Source: an uncultured Gammaproteobacteria bacterium
Lineage (GTDB): Bacteria > Patescibacteriota > Microgenomatia > Daviesbacterales > UBA10151
Length of the DNA stretch: 64,000 nt
NCBI GenBank assembly: GCA_964523905.1
Contig: CAZFYQ010000002.1
Span: 2,177-66,176, forward strand
Reading direction: 5' to 3'
Part shown: positions 8,725-18,669 of the stretch, in pieces
How the letters are laid out: every line of letters starts with the position of its first letter
Position numbering within the stretch: position 1 is the stretch's first letter
Program-made: the position numbers and the translations under genes
The notes under the pieces: generated by a model
What the model was told of the DNA's origin: nothing
The model's input: only the letters and a program-made list of their open reading frames with translations
Databases searched by the model: none

Positions 8725-10857
8725 TTAGACTGTTGCACATTCGTACACTTCTGTTATGGCAGCAGCATATAATCGTTGTAATTCTTCAGGGCTGATAGTT
8801 ATTGCTGGTGGAATTACAGAATAAAGATCAGCGTTATCTTTAAAAGCAATTTTAATTGGATCAGTAATTTCATCTCCTTTTTTGGAAGCTTGAACATAAG
8901 TCCACCATCCTGTTTCTGGTGTTCCACCTCTTCCTTCTTCAGCACGAAGCTGATTAGCTACACGTAGTCCGTATTGTCTTTCAGCATCAGTCATATCTGG
9001 GAATCCTGCTTTTCTAAATAATTGGTCGGCTTTAGTAGAATAACCTTTGAAGATTGGTTTGCCGTCAACCCATTTATAAGGATGCTTAAACCACCGCATA
9101 CCCTCACCTCTATAAAGTGTTTGTTTATGGAGTGTATCAACTTGTTTTTTACCATCTACCAGTTCGTCTTTCAGTTCTCCTTCTTCTGTGCAGAGAACTT
9201 TTTTAAGGTTGGTTAGGATTAATAGTTCTAACCAAATTTGATCCTGTAGACTGGAGAATCTTTTAACATCTCCACCTGGAATAATTTTGTAACCTCGATC
9301 AAGGGTAATATTGTATGTCTGTTTATCAAGAGCTAGGCTAACATGAGTTTCACCTGTTTGTCTGTCAAATTTGAAGGTAGCATTTTGGTAACCCCTCTTC
9401 CTGGTATTAGGATCAAAAGAAATCCGATAACCTCTTTCACCTAAAGATCTTGTATAAATAGTCTGGATTTGTCTCCTTGCTTCCTGGGTTTTTCTAGAAA
9501 TCTCATCAAATTGCTCAGTAGAAATTACTGGCCTATGATACTCAATAATAGATGGTAATCTTCCAAGCTCTTCTTCTGTATGGGTAGGGAATACAGCAAA
9601 TACTATACTTTTACCAGCATCAAAGAAATCAAACAGACCATTTCTTAATACTGCTTCTGATAAAACTCTTTCCATCGGTACATAGAGTTTTCGCATGGGA
9701 TTGCTGGATTGTCCAGTTAATATAGCTTCTTTAACCTCATCAATAATCCAATTTCTTTGTTCTGCTGAATGGACACGTTGTGCCATTACAACCAGAGATA
9801 AATCATCATTAAGCTGAATAGGATGTTGCGTTTGTATTTCATACCCTTCTTCCTGAAGATCAATTATCTTGTTTTCCCATTTAGCCCTAAAAGCGGGATC
9901 CCCAAATTTATCTAAAACTAGTGTTCTGAGTGGTTCATTAGGGTCTCTTATAACATTATGAGGCCAATCATTGACATTGTGGGTAAGTTCATATCTATCT
10001 CTTCTTTCAGCTGTTTCCAAGAAAGTTCCTGCTGAACCAGGTAATTCCTGAACTAAATACCCCTGTTCTGTATAAACCTCAAATAAAGGTTCGGCTCTGG
10101 ATCCTAGTATAGCTCTTTGATTACCCACTAACTCATCTAATAGTCTTGATTGCACAGGAGGTAAATACCCGCCAGCCACAAATAACCGTAACATATTAGA
10201 TTTTGAACGTTCAGTGAGGGTTCCCACATAATCCATGGCAGTTAGTATAGAATGGAATCTTCCTAAATGTTTATCATCTGTAGCAAAAAATCCTGCTGTG
10301 AAATAAATAGCTGTTGGGGATGTTGCTGCAAGCCAGTCTTTTCTAAAACTTAAAATAGAAAAAAGCTCTCTTTGAACAGTTAAGTTTGAGGTATCTACCA
10401 TTGCCCAAGCAGTGTTGTATAAAAGGTCTATCGCATGATTTACTGATCTAGGGCTAGAAAATAAAGCAGCCTCTATTTTTTCAATATCCTGACCTTGTCT
10501 ACTATCCGAACCAGCAATACGAGTCATAGCCAAATTTAATATTTTCCCAGGGCCCCACATATTTAAATCTAAATTTCGGGCTAAAGCATTAGTTGTATTT
10601 CCAATAATAGCCTCTTTTGCCTCATCTGGTCTTAGATCAGTTCTTACAATGCTAACTACTCCTAAATTGTGAAGAAGTGGTCTTAGTGTTAATGGGTTAT
10701 CAAATATTTGCTGCGTAACTGAATCTAAAATTACTTGTTTTTCTGATGGCTGAGCAGTATGAAGCTCTTCCACGACATTAATAGTATCTTCCATTAATAT
10801 TGCTGGTGGTTGCATGGCCTCAAAATCACTAAGTTGGTTTCTGTCAGGTTCTAACAT
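8725..10857 (-). CDS. Large hypothetical protein (~710 aa)
   Basis: Long ORF with no recognised motif. Start placed at ATG 10857, 6 nt after a TTGATT-N17-TATAAT promoter. Confidence 0.75.
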   Translation of the reverse strand: MLEPDRNQLSDFEAMQPPAILMEDTINVVEELHTAQPSEKQVILDSVTQQIFDNPLTLRPLLHNLGVVSIVRTDLRPDEAKEAIIGNTTNALARNLDLNMWGPGKILNLAMTRIAGSDSRQGQDIEKIEAALFSSPRSVNHAIDLLYNTAWAMVDTSNLTVQRELFSILSFRKDWLAATSPTAIYFTAGFFATDDKHLGRFHSILTAMDYVGTLTERSKSNMLRLFVAGGYLPPVQSRLLDELVGNQRAILGSRAEPLFEVYTEQGYLVQELPGSAGTFLETAERRDRYELTHNVNDWPHNVIRDPNEPLRTLVLDKFGDPAFRAKWENKIIDLQEEGYEIQTQHPIQLNDDLSLVVMAQRVHSAEQRNWIIDEVKEAILTGQSSNPMRKLYVPMERVLSEAVLRNGLFDFFDAGKSIVFAVFPTHTEEELGRLPSIIEYHRPVISTEQFDEISRKTQEARRQIQTIYTRSLGERGYRISFDPNTRKRGYQNATFKFDRQTGETHVSLALDKQTYNITLDRGYKIIPGGDVKRFSSLQDQIWLELLILTNLKKVLCTEEGELKDELVDGKKQVDTLHKQTLYRGEGMRWFKHPYKWVDGKPIFKGYSTKADQLFRKAGFPDMTDAERQYGLRVANQLRAEEGRGGTPETGWWTYVQASKKGDEITDPIKIAFKDNADLYSVIPPAITISPEELQRLYAAAITEVYECATV

Positions 10858-10863
10858 CAGAAA

Positions 10864-10892
10864 ATTATACACTATGGGACTAGAAGAATCAA
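10864..10892 (-). promoter_or_regulatory. Sigma70-type promoter, leaderless configuration
   Basis: Minus strand TTGATT-cttctagtcccatagtg(17)-TATAAT-tttctg-ATG. Confidence 0.6.
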
Positions 10893-11489
10893 CTATGAGA
10901 CTTTAGCAGCTGGCGGTTTTAATAATTCTTCGTATAGTCTTTGCAGTTCATTATCGTCATATTTATGTCCAGCAATGGTTAACAAAAATGCTTGTCTTCC
11001 CTGGAATTCAAAAGGAGATAGTTGACCAGTAGCTTTGTGATGTAATTGAGCCAATACTGCAACCTTGCTGGCAGAAACCTCTGCCTCATCTCCGTATAAG
11101 GGATTTCCTTGATGGTCAACACGTCGAAGCGAAGAGATCATAATATTTTCTGGCCCTTGTGTCTTTACAAATGTTAAAATAATTCCCCGGGAGTTATAAC
11201 AAATAATTTCTCCAGCCTCTAACGCGCCAATTTCTCTACCTCTTGACCCTCCAAACCTGCTCATAGTTTCATCAGCAGTAAAAATCACAGCTTCCTGAAT
11301 ATCAAAAGCCTGCATCCCAACGGTAGTTTCTAATCCTAGAATTTTCGCTTGACCATCATGTAGAGTAGGTTTAACTTTTTCTTTAGTTGGAATATGCGTA
11401 TACCAGTGAGCTGCCAAATCAGGGGCTACGAGTTGTCCTGGTCTATCAAAAAACCTTATTCTTTCAGCATTCATTTCTTCAACATTCAT
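10893..11489 (-). CDS. Hypothetical protein, possible degenerate 3-methyladenine DNA glycosylase (MPG/AAG) fold
   Basis: FFDRPGQLVAPDL ~ FF.R....VA.DLLG; IQEAVIF ~ IVETEAY; GEIICYNSRG ~ G..YVY..YG; NIMISSL ~ AVLIRAL. ATGA overlap with the upstream gene. Confidence 0.45.
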   Translation of the reverse strand: MNVEEMNAERIRFFDRPGQLVAPDLAAHWYTHIPTKEKVKPTLHDGQAKILGLETTVGMQAFDIQEAVIFTADETMSRFGGSRGREIGALEAGEIICYNSRGIILTFVKTQGPENIMISSLRRVDHQGNPLYGDEAEVSASKVAVLAQLHHKATGQLSPFEFQGRQAFLLTIAGHKYDDNELQRLYEELLKPPAAKVS

Positions 11490-14400
11490 ATTTTTCCTTC
11501 CTGTATGTCGATCAGAATACTTCTTAATTCTCCAAACAAATGTGCAGAATTACTCTGTTCGTTTTCATTATTCCAGTACTGTATAGCCTTAAATGATAAC
11601 TCTTCAGCCATTTTCCAATCTAGAGCCCATCTTCGAATAGCCTCCCTAGTTAAACGCCTAAAAGTACCATATTCTTCCACGCCTAGATATTGCAACATTT
11701 TACTAGTTTCAGTAGAAACTTTTTCACCCTTTGCTAAATCTCTTTCTAATTTATCTTCTTTTGGCGTTGAACCAAAATTAACTATTTCCTCATCACCATT
11801 ATCAGGCGATACAATAATAAACTCCCGATGAGGAACAGGTGGGGCAGTAGTTATGATTCCTTCACCAGAACCGTTTTTATTATTGCCTAATATAACATAA
11901 TCTGCATCAGAGTCAAGTGTAAGAGGGATAGAGTCATAACTATTGCCGATTTGTGCGTCTTTAAATTTTTCTAAATTTAAGATCCAACTAATTGGTTCTC
12001 TCTTAAAATCAGTTGCCCAAACTTCTCCTGATGGGATATTTGACGTTGGCCTAAAACCAAAATCTGCTAGGGCTTTAATCCAAGCGTTAAACTGCTCACC
12101 TGTCATATAATTATGAGGAAGAGTAATACTTATTTTTCCACCTAATTTAAGAGTTCGATTTAGTTCTTTAAAAATTCTGGCTCTTTCAGAAAGCAAAACA
12201 CCCGCCTTATCATATCTAGGAGTATTATTGCTCCAGTGAATTACCAGGGAAAGATCCATGATATCAATGCTATTTGCTAAAATAGGCAAGTGAGCGGCTT
12301 CTCCGGTTACATATTGACCTTCTGTACGTTCTCTGGCCTTGGCTACTTGTAAAACTTCCTGCATCATATCTATATTGATGATTTTTTCTCCTAGCATGAT
12401 TTGTAATATACCCGCGCCTGCACCAACACTGGCAATTTTTACATCCCCACCTGTTTCTTCTTTAAATCTGTTAATTACTTGTGAAACCACTCGGGCATTA
12501 TGGCCAGCAAGACTATATTCATCATCTTTGGAATAATAAGTTGCAAAAAAATCTGCATTAGACATACCTTCAAATCCTATTTGTCTTAAAAACTGCCTAT
12601 TTTTTTCATATCCTTGAGCTCTAGTACCAGGAAAGAATTTATTAATCAAATACATTCTAGGGGTCATTGGGTAAAGACTTTGTATAACTACGCCTCGGCT
12701 ATGTGCCTTAACAAAGATTTCTTCCTCTTCTGTCAAGGGAATTCCATCTAAAACCATCTGTGAAATTAATTTCTTATATTCCAAGGCTTGGGCAATACCT
12801 TCATCAATAAAACCATAATGGGTATTGGTTGGTTCATCAGGATGAGTGGCGCGAAGAGTAATGGCTCTTACAGGAATAGTTTGTCCAGTGTTTTCATTAC
12901 GCCCCCAAGTTTGTTTTTTATCGGCATATGTATCTGGCTCATCGATATGAAATTGAATAACTTCCTCAAATTGGGCATTGGCGGCAATTGGAGGAATACT
13001 CAAGTCAATCCCTAACCTACTTGAACGCATTGTTAAAAGACTAATTAAATTTGTTGGATCAAACCTAATAGTACGAATGGCTCTTTCTCTTTCAGAAATC
13101 TCGCCTCTTCTAGGATGAGCGGAAACATTTCCATCAATTCTGGGAATGTTTTCTCCATACCAGGTTCTCAAATAATCATATAGAGAAAAAAAGGCACTAA
13201 GATCGTCTTCAAATACTGTTTCTTCCAAAGGTGAAGTGACTGAACTGGCATAAAAAGCTGAGAAAATTTCAACTTTACTTTTTCCAGCAGTTACTAGCTT
13301 ATCGAGTCTTTTCTTGAGATGAATATACTTACTGGAGTAAAGGCCTTCTTTACCTGTCCAATGCTCCTGTAAGGATCTATCAGGGGATGATTTGACTAAA
13401 GAGTCCATGCCATTGGGAAAGTTGAAAAAAGCCCAAATAGCTAAATTATCGAAACCGATTCTTACTAGGAAATCTTCATCAAAAATTTCAGCAGGGTTTT
13501 GATTTAATTTCCATTGTATAAATTGTTTTGTTGCTTCTGATAAATCTTTTTGAGCATCATCAATAGTATATAAGCCACTAATATTGGTAGATCTTGCTTC
13601 AAGTCCTTTAATTTGATTTTCAATTTTTGCTCTGGTTTTATCATCCATGCTATCTGTTTCTAGTCTACCTTTAAGTTTTGACATCATTTGGGCAACACCA
13701 TCAGGGGAATAGAATTTTCTAATTAACATCGGATCTAATGAAAGTTGCCTTAATATTTGTCTTTTAGTGATACCTTCAGGTAAGTTATCGTGATATACAA
13801 AATCATATAATGCCTTATGAAATAATGTTAACGGAACAGGTTCTACTCTTATGTCAAGTTCTGGCAATTTATCTCTAAGAATTGAATACTTATTCCATCT
13901 AGTTAGAATTCCTCTGCCATGAAGTAAACCGGAAACTAAATATGGATCATTTCTGGCAGCTCTAGTGAAATCACCCTCTTTGGGATAATCATAAGGCAAT
14001 ATAATTCTAACCGGTGAATCTAAGTCTTCTACACCATTTACTACTGCTGTGGCAGTCATAGCAATTCTAGGAGCTTCTTTTGGTAGCATTCGAGAGATAA
14101 AATGCATTAATTTAGTACAAGTAGCATCGTAATTATTTGCTAGATGAGACTCGTCATCTACTAACGAATCTACATCGGCTTTTTTAACTAGTTCACTGAG
14201 TAGTTTAAAAGAACTGTCCTTGATTCCTAAAGTACTTAATAATGAATATCCTATGATTACATACCTGGGTTTATTATCCTTGGGGGTATTTACAAATTTT
14301 TTTAAATCAGCAGTACCGACAATGGTTATAACCTCCACTGATTCTTCATATGCTTCACGAACCTCGGCTGCCCAGTCGTAGACTGTTTTTCCTGGAGGGC

Positions 14401-15378
14401 AAACTACTAGAGTATGTTTTTTGCCCCGGCTTTTTCCATTGCATATATAGCACCTTTTGTTTTCTGGGTTTTTGTATCTCCAATTAACAAATCCGTCATG
14501 CCGATCCCACTAGTTTTATGGGTAAATCTGTAGGCATATTCTTTTTGATGCCTGGAAGGGAAAGGAAAAGAAGCTGTTCTCTCGTCTTCGGGAATATCTT
14601 TTTGAGCTCCGGCAATAATTCTTCTAAAAACTACAGGCACTTCATCTTCTTCAATATTTCTAAAATGCCTTTCCAAATTTTCCACAAATTGCAGCTGAAC
14701 TGGATTTTGAACTTCGGTTTTTAGATGATTAAGATAAGCAAAACATTTATCAACATCTTGATTATAAATTTCCAAAACTGCATCTCTTTCAGCTTGAGTT
14801 AAAATATCTAGTACTAAACCATCTTCAAAAAGTTCTTCTGGTAACTCTGGTAGAGGAAGAAGTTTTGGTCCTTCCGCCTCTCTTTTATAGAATCTTCTGG
14901 GTCCTAAATATTCACCAACTAATCTATATGTTCCGCTGATTAGAGTTTGTTTTGTTTGTTCATCAGCATCTCTGTAACGTCTGATACCGACTATTCTTGC
15001 CATTTGCAATTGAGTTACATACGGGCTTAGCTTTTCTATTAGGTCATCCTCTTGAGTTAGTAGATCTTTGGCCCGCTCATACCTTTGGAACTCGTCCATT
15101 TCCTGCTCTTCTCTTAGCTTATAACCTTTTCCAGTACACCAAATCCTGAATTGATTTAAAGCGTCAGGATTCCCTATAAAGTTGATAATATTAAATACTT
15201 CCTGTGGCCTAACTTCAAAATTTGCGACACTACGACAGGCAGTGAATCCTACTTGTTCTTCAGGTATAAATTCAAACAACTGAGTCATTTTTGCCCTGGT
15301 AATTTCCTGACCATTAGACTCTCGACCAATTGGGGTAGGGTCCTCCCTATAAGATATAATTCTTGGCTGTCTTTCCAT
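11486..15378 (-). CDS. SNF2-like SF2 helicase/ATPase fused to class I SAM methyltransferase, split by a -1 frameshift at 14416-14422 (programmed frameshift, pseudogene or assembly indel)
   Basis: ORF 14407-15378 ends LLIGDTKTQKT..AGAKNIL*. The -1 frame continues HTLVVCPPGKTVYDWAAE (motif Ia) into ORF 11486-14338 with DDESH (II), MTATA (III), SSRLGIDL (V) and QTWGR...GQ (VI), followed by ASVGAGAG / GEAAHLP / LKLGG MTase motifs. Confidence 0.75.
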
Positions 15379-15486
15379 TTTGCAGATTTTACCATAAATA
15401 AGCTTATAGTTTCAATACCTAATGCTATTTTCATAAAATCATATTTGACAGAAATGATAAGCATATGTTACACTATGGGACCGAAT
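15379..15486. promoter_or_regulatory. Divergent promoter pair with a shared palindrome in both spacers
   Basis: Plus strand TTGACA(15445)-N18-TACACT; minus strand TTGAAA-N18-TAAAAT-N7-ATG. ATAAGCTTAT (15398-15407) and ATAAGCATAT (15457-15466) lie in the two spacers. Confidence 0.5.
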
Positions 15487-17529
15487 ATGAGTATTGATAG
15501 ACTTAATGAAGATTTGGCCAGATGGAATCAAAGTATTGATGTTGTTAGTAACAGATCAAAACTTTTTGGTACCGTAGAAGGCCCTGAACAATATAGATAT
15601 GATTTAGCCACATCCCCTGTGGAAAAATTAGGACGCGTTAAAGAGGTTATGCGGGTGAGGACAATAATTTCAGAGGTTAGTCTTCCTAGACTCAGAGAAA
15701 AGGTTGAGGATATTCAAGTTAAAATTGAACATGAAGAGTTTAAAATAAATGTAAGAAATGGGATTATGGCAGAATTTGGCATTGAGGAATTAGAAAGAGC
15801 GCATCAAGCTGGAACATTGACTGATTTTGATTTACAAGTAGTTTCAGATGCAATGGAACAGGAAATAAGAATTCGATCAGGAGAAGCTCCCCCAATAGTG
15901 AATCCCATTTTAGAAAAACCAAAGACAGAACAAGCTCCTAACCCAGCTAGAGTAGATAATGAGAAAATATTTAGCGTCACATTTCCTAATGGAAATACTG
16001 CTGAGGTTACAGATGAAAGAGATTCAAAAATACTAGGAATCCTTTCCCAAGCAATGGATGGTATGCAAAACGGCGCTATAGATATTCCACAGGATGTAAT
16101 TGTCCGGGGAGTTTTTAATAGATTTGAAGTAGGTTTAGCAGAAGACATCAGAGATAGACTCGCAGTACATGCGCAAACAGTCGATTCAGTAGGATATCAA
16201 ATTGACAGAATTGACCGAATGCCTTCAGAGCAGCATGATCGAAGATTAAGACATATCTATAGAGTTCAAGAGAAGAAACCACAATCTCCTACTGAGCGGC
16301 ATCCTTCCCCTGGAGCTAATCCAGCAGAACCAGATAAAGCTGCAAGAAGAAGTGAAGAGGAAACTCTTTCTGAATCGGAGAAAGTATTAAAGGCATTAGA
16401 TCTTTTATTAGCTGATGAAAATATAGAAGCAGCTAGAGTTGTAGATCTAATGACAGAAAGATTAGAGAAAAATTTAGGAGTTGAAGGGGTAAATCTCCTA
16501 AATACAGTAAGTTATTTAATAAAAGAATTAAATGATATTTTTGATTGCTTAAATACAGATAGAATATATCAGCCTCAGCTGGCTCTATGGGAAAGAATTC
16601 GTATTTCGTCTGGACAAAGTGAAGATTTTCTGGCTAAAAAATTCTTTGAGACAAGAGTTAAAAACTGGTATAACAGAATGGTCAATGAAGATGGTAAATC
16701 CGCTTCAGTTACTGCAACAAAAGAAGGGGAGTTATTGATAAAAAGAGCAAGGGTATATGGTGCATTTCCATTTGTTTTAAGTAATGGTGGAACATACATT
16801 GCCAAAGGTGGTGTTGCGAAAAACTTAATGGAAGTATTAATCATGAATGAAGGGCAAGGACTTACTGCAGAAATATTAGGAATGTTAGCGTACGGTGTCG
16901 GTAAAAATGAGGCTGAGAAAAGATATAATACTAAATCTGCACGGTCAGCTGCGAATAATCTTAGACTTGATCCAGAATTAGCAGAAGTTGGCTATGAGGT
17001 TGTATCCATATTGCCCGAGGGTAGACAAAGGAGTCCGGATACTAAATTCATGCTCAGGCCGATTCCAGGTGTAGCACCAGAGGCTCATAAATCAACAAAA
17101 ACTGTTATTCTAGCTGGAGCTCCAGCATTAACAAGTCCTGAGCCTGAAGGTGCAGATGTAGATGTGCCACAACGAAAAGAATCCGCTAATAAAAATCAAT
17201 TAGAGGCGGAGCTAATTCAAGTAATCGCAGAGTTTGATCTTGTAAATCAGCCTGAATTTTTGAATGGTGCGCAAGTTACTAGGGTGGTGCATAATCTAAC
17301 CGCTCAAATGCAACGTAAATTAGTTGATGAAGGTAAATATCTTCAGCCTCACCATACTGAGGGTAAACTTTGGTTTTTTACATCCAAGCAGATAGCTCAG
17401 ATGGTTTTAATCATAGATCGTATGCGAAGTGGAGGAGTTAGAAAAGATTTCCTGAAGGATTTATTTGAAGTTACTGACCGTGCATATAGTAAAGCAGAAA
17501 TAGCCGCCATTATTATGGCAAAATCCTAA
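15487..17529 (+). CDS. Hypothetical protein with putative winged-helix and C-terminal MerR-like HTH domains
   Basis: LMEVLIMNEGQGLTAEIL..AYG...ARSAANNLR resembles an OmpR-type wHTH; QVTRVVHNLTAQMQRKLVDEG..LQP..EGKLWFFTSKQI resembles a MerR HTH. Start moved downstream of the promoter. Confidence 0.55.
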   Translation: MSIDRLNEDLARWNQSIDVVSNRSKLFGTVEGPEQYRYDLATSPVEKLGRVKEVMRVRTIISEVSLPRLREKVEDIQVKIEHEEFKINVRNGIMAEFGIEELERAHQAGTLTDFDLQVVSDAMEQEIRIRSGEAPPIVNPILEKPKTEQAPNPARVDNEKIFSVTFPNGNTAEVTDERDSKILGILSQAMDGMQNGAIDIPQDVIVRGVFNRFEVGLAEDIRDRLAVHAQTVDSVGYQIDRIDRMPSEQHDRRLRHIYRVQEKKPQSPTERHPSPGANPAEPDKAARRSEEETLSESEKVLKALDLLLADENIEAARVVDLMTERLEKNLGVEGVNLLNTVSYLIKELNDIFDCLNTDRIYQPQLALWERIRISSGQSEDFLAKKFFETRVKNWYNRMVNEDGKSASVTATKEGELLIKRARVYGAFPFVLSNGGTYIAKGGVAKNLMEVLIMNEGQGLTAEILGMLAYGVGKNEAEKRYNTKSARSAANNLRLDPELAEVGYEVVSILPEGRQRSPDTKFMLRPIPGVAPEAHKSTKTVILAGAPALTSPEPEGADVDVPQRKESANKNQLEAELIQVIAEFDLVNQPEFLNGAQVTRVVHNLTAQMQRKLVDEGKYLQPHHTEGKLWFFTSKQIAQMVLIIDRMRSGGVRKDFLKDLFEVTDRAYSKAEIAAIIMAKS

Positions 17530-17891
17530 AAATATCTTTCCCCGGTTTTGTTGGTAAGTTGGGAAACGACATCAATGCCTTTGGCGAAATCGGATAGCAG
17601 TTTTTTCTTGGCAGCGGTTAAGGAAACTGCCATTCTATTTAATTTTACCCCTTCCGGGTGAGTGGAGGAGACTTTCATTAAGGTAGCTGCCATTTGGTCT
17701 AACTGGTGGACTAAATGATCCAAGGCATTGGAGATGGCCGAAATTTGTCCGGCTTTGTCCAGACTTTGGAAAAAGGAATTTTTAAACAGTCTGCCAACCT
17801 GGCCATATTGAACCAGCTTTTCAAAGCGCTGAGTAGGATTTAACCCTTTTTCCCATTCTTCTAATTTTTCCTCTATTGGATCTAAGTTCAT
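17526..17891 (-). CDS. Hypothetical protein (121 aa, helical)
   Basis: ATG-start ORF with TATAAT just upstream; no motif recognised. Confidence 0.6.
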   Translation of the reverse strand: MNLDPIEEKLEEWEKGLNPTQRFEKLVQYGQVGRLFKNSFFQSLDKAGQISAISNALDHLVHQLDQMAATLMKVSSTHPEGVKLNRMAVSLTAAKKKLLSDFAKGIDVVSQLTNKTGERYF

Positions 17892-17920
17892 AAGGGAATT
17901 ATAGCAAAAAAGTGAGGGGG

Positions 17921-18423
17921 TAATGGGTAAGGAAGCCAGGGTGGTTAGGAGGTAAGGAAGTTAGTATAGTATAGTAGGGAGGTTAGGGAGTAGGTCTTTT
18001 GAAAGTAGTCCAGGCCATTGATAGTTTATATAATTGCCTGCCTGTCTGGTCATACATTTTAATTAACTCATTTATTAATTCGACTTCTATCTCATAAATA
18101 TCTTTAATTTGTTCAAGGCTAACAATAGTTTCATTACATTCTCCCATGGCATCATCAATATATTTTTGAAACCCCATTTTTTGATGTCTCTTAGCATAAC
18201 CTTCTGCAATTAGTCTGGGAATAGCTTTACATGATCTACTGGTCTGATCTTTTAAGTCGTATTTTTCAGAATCCGGAAGTTTAGGAATGATTCTTTTCAT
18301 CACCTGGAGCATGCATTGGTATGAATTTTGGTAAACTTGTAAATCTCTAAAGCTGGTAATTGGTTTTTTGTTTTCCACACCTTACCCCTTTACTCTAAAC
18401 TATACTGGTTTCTTAACCCAATA
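17921..18423. repeat. Imperfect inverted repeats flanking the four-helix-bundle gene
   Basis: 17921-17957 versus the reverse complement of 18387-18423: 26/37 identical by hand alignment. Left flank G-rich, right flank C-rich. Confidence 0.55.
17983..18378 (-). CDS. Four-helix bundle protein (23S rRNA intervening-sequence protein family)
   Basis: SFRDLQVYQ, LPDSEKYDL.DQ..RS...IP..IAEG, A.GE.NE. Confidence 0.9.
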   Translation of the reverse strand: MENKKPITSFRDLQVYQNSYQCMLQVMKRIIPKLPDSEKYDLKDQTSRSCKAIPRLIAEGYAKRHQKMGFQKYIDDAMGECNETIVSLEQIKDIYEIEVELINELIKMYDQTGRQLYKLSMAWTTFKRPTP

Positions 18424-18468
18424 ACCACTAACTTTACCATCAGAAAGCTGCAGTAGTATAATAATTTC

Positions 18469-18603
18469 ATGATTCGGAAAGTTAAGGAAGGTTACAGAGT
18501 GGTGGCGGAATCCGGGCGGAATATGGGGACTTATCCTACTAAAGAGCAAGCTGAAAAAAGATTAAAACAAATCCAAATGTTTAAGCACATGCGTAAGGGT
18601 TAA
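18469..18603 (+). CDS. Small basic protein (44 aa) missed by the ORF track
   Basis: MIRKVKEGYRVVAESGRNMGTYPTKEQAEKRLKQIQMFKHMRKG*; TATAAT at 18457-18462, 6 nt before the ATG. Confidence 0.75.
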   Translation: MIRKVKEGYRVVAESGRNMGTYPTKEQAEKRLKQIQMFKHMRKG

Positions 18604-18669
18604 GACTACTTGTTATCCTCTTGGCCAGAACTCTTGACTTTCGGGTAAATTATGGGGTAAGGTAAATAT

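Noticed and set aside
14404-14409. Stop-codon readthrough or alternative genetic code at TAG TAG
   Set aside because: The downstream helicase motifs are in the -1 frame, not the same frame; TAG and TGA terminate many normal genes here.
15253-15486. N-terminal extension of the 758-aa ORF
   Set aside because: It overlaps the opposite-strand gene and the divergent promoters; the real start is likely 15487 (or 15475).
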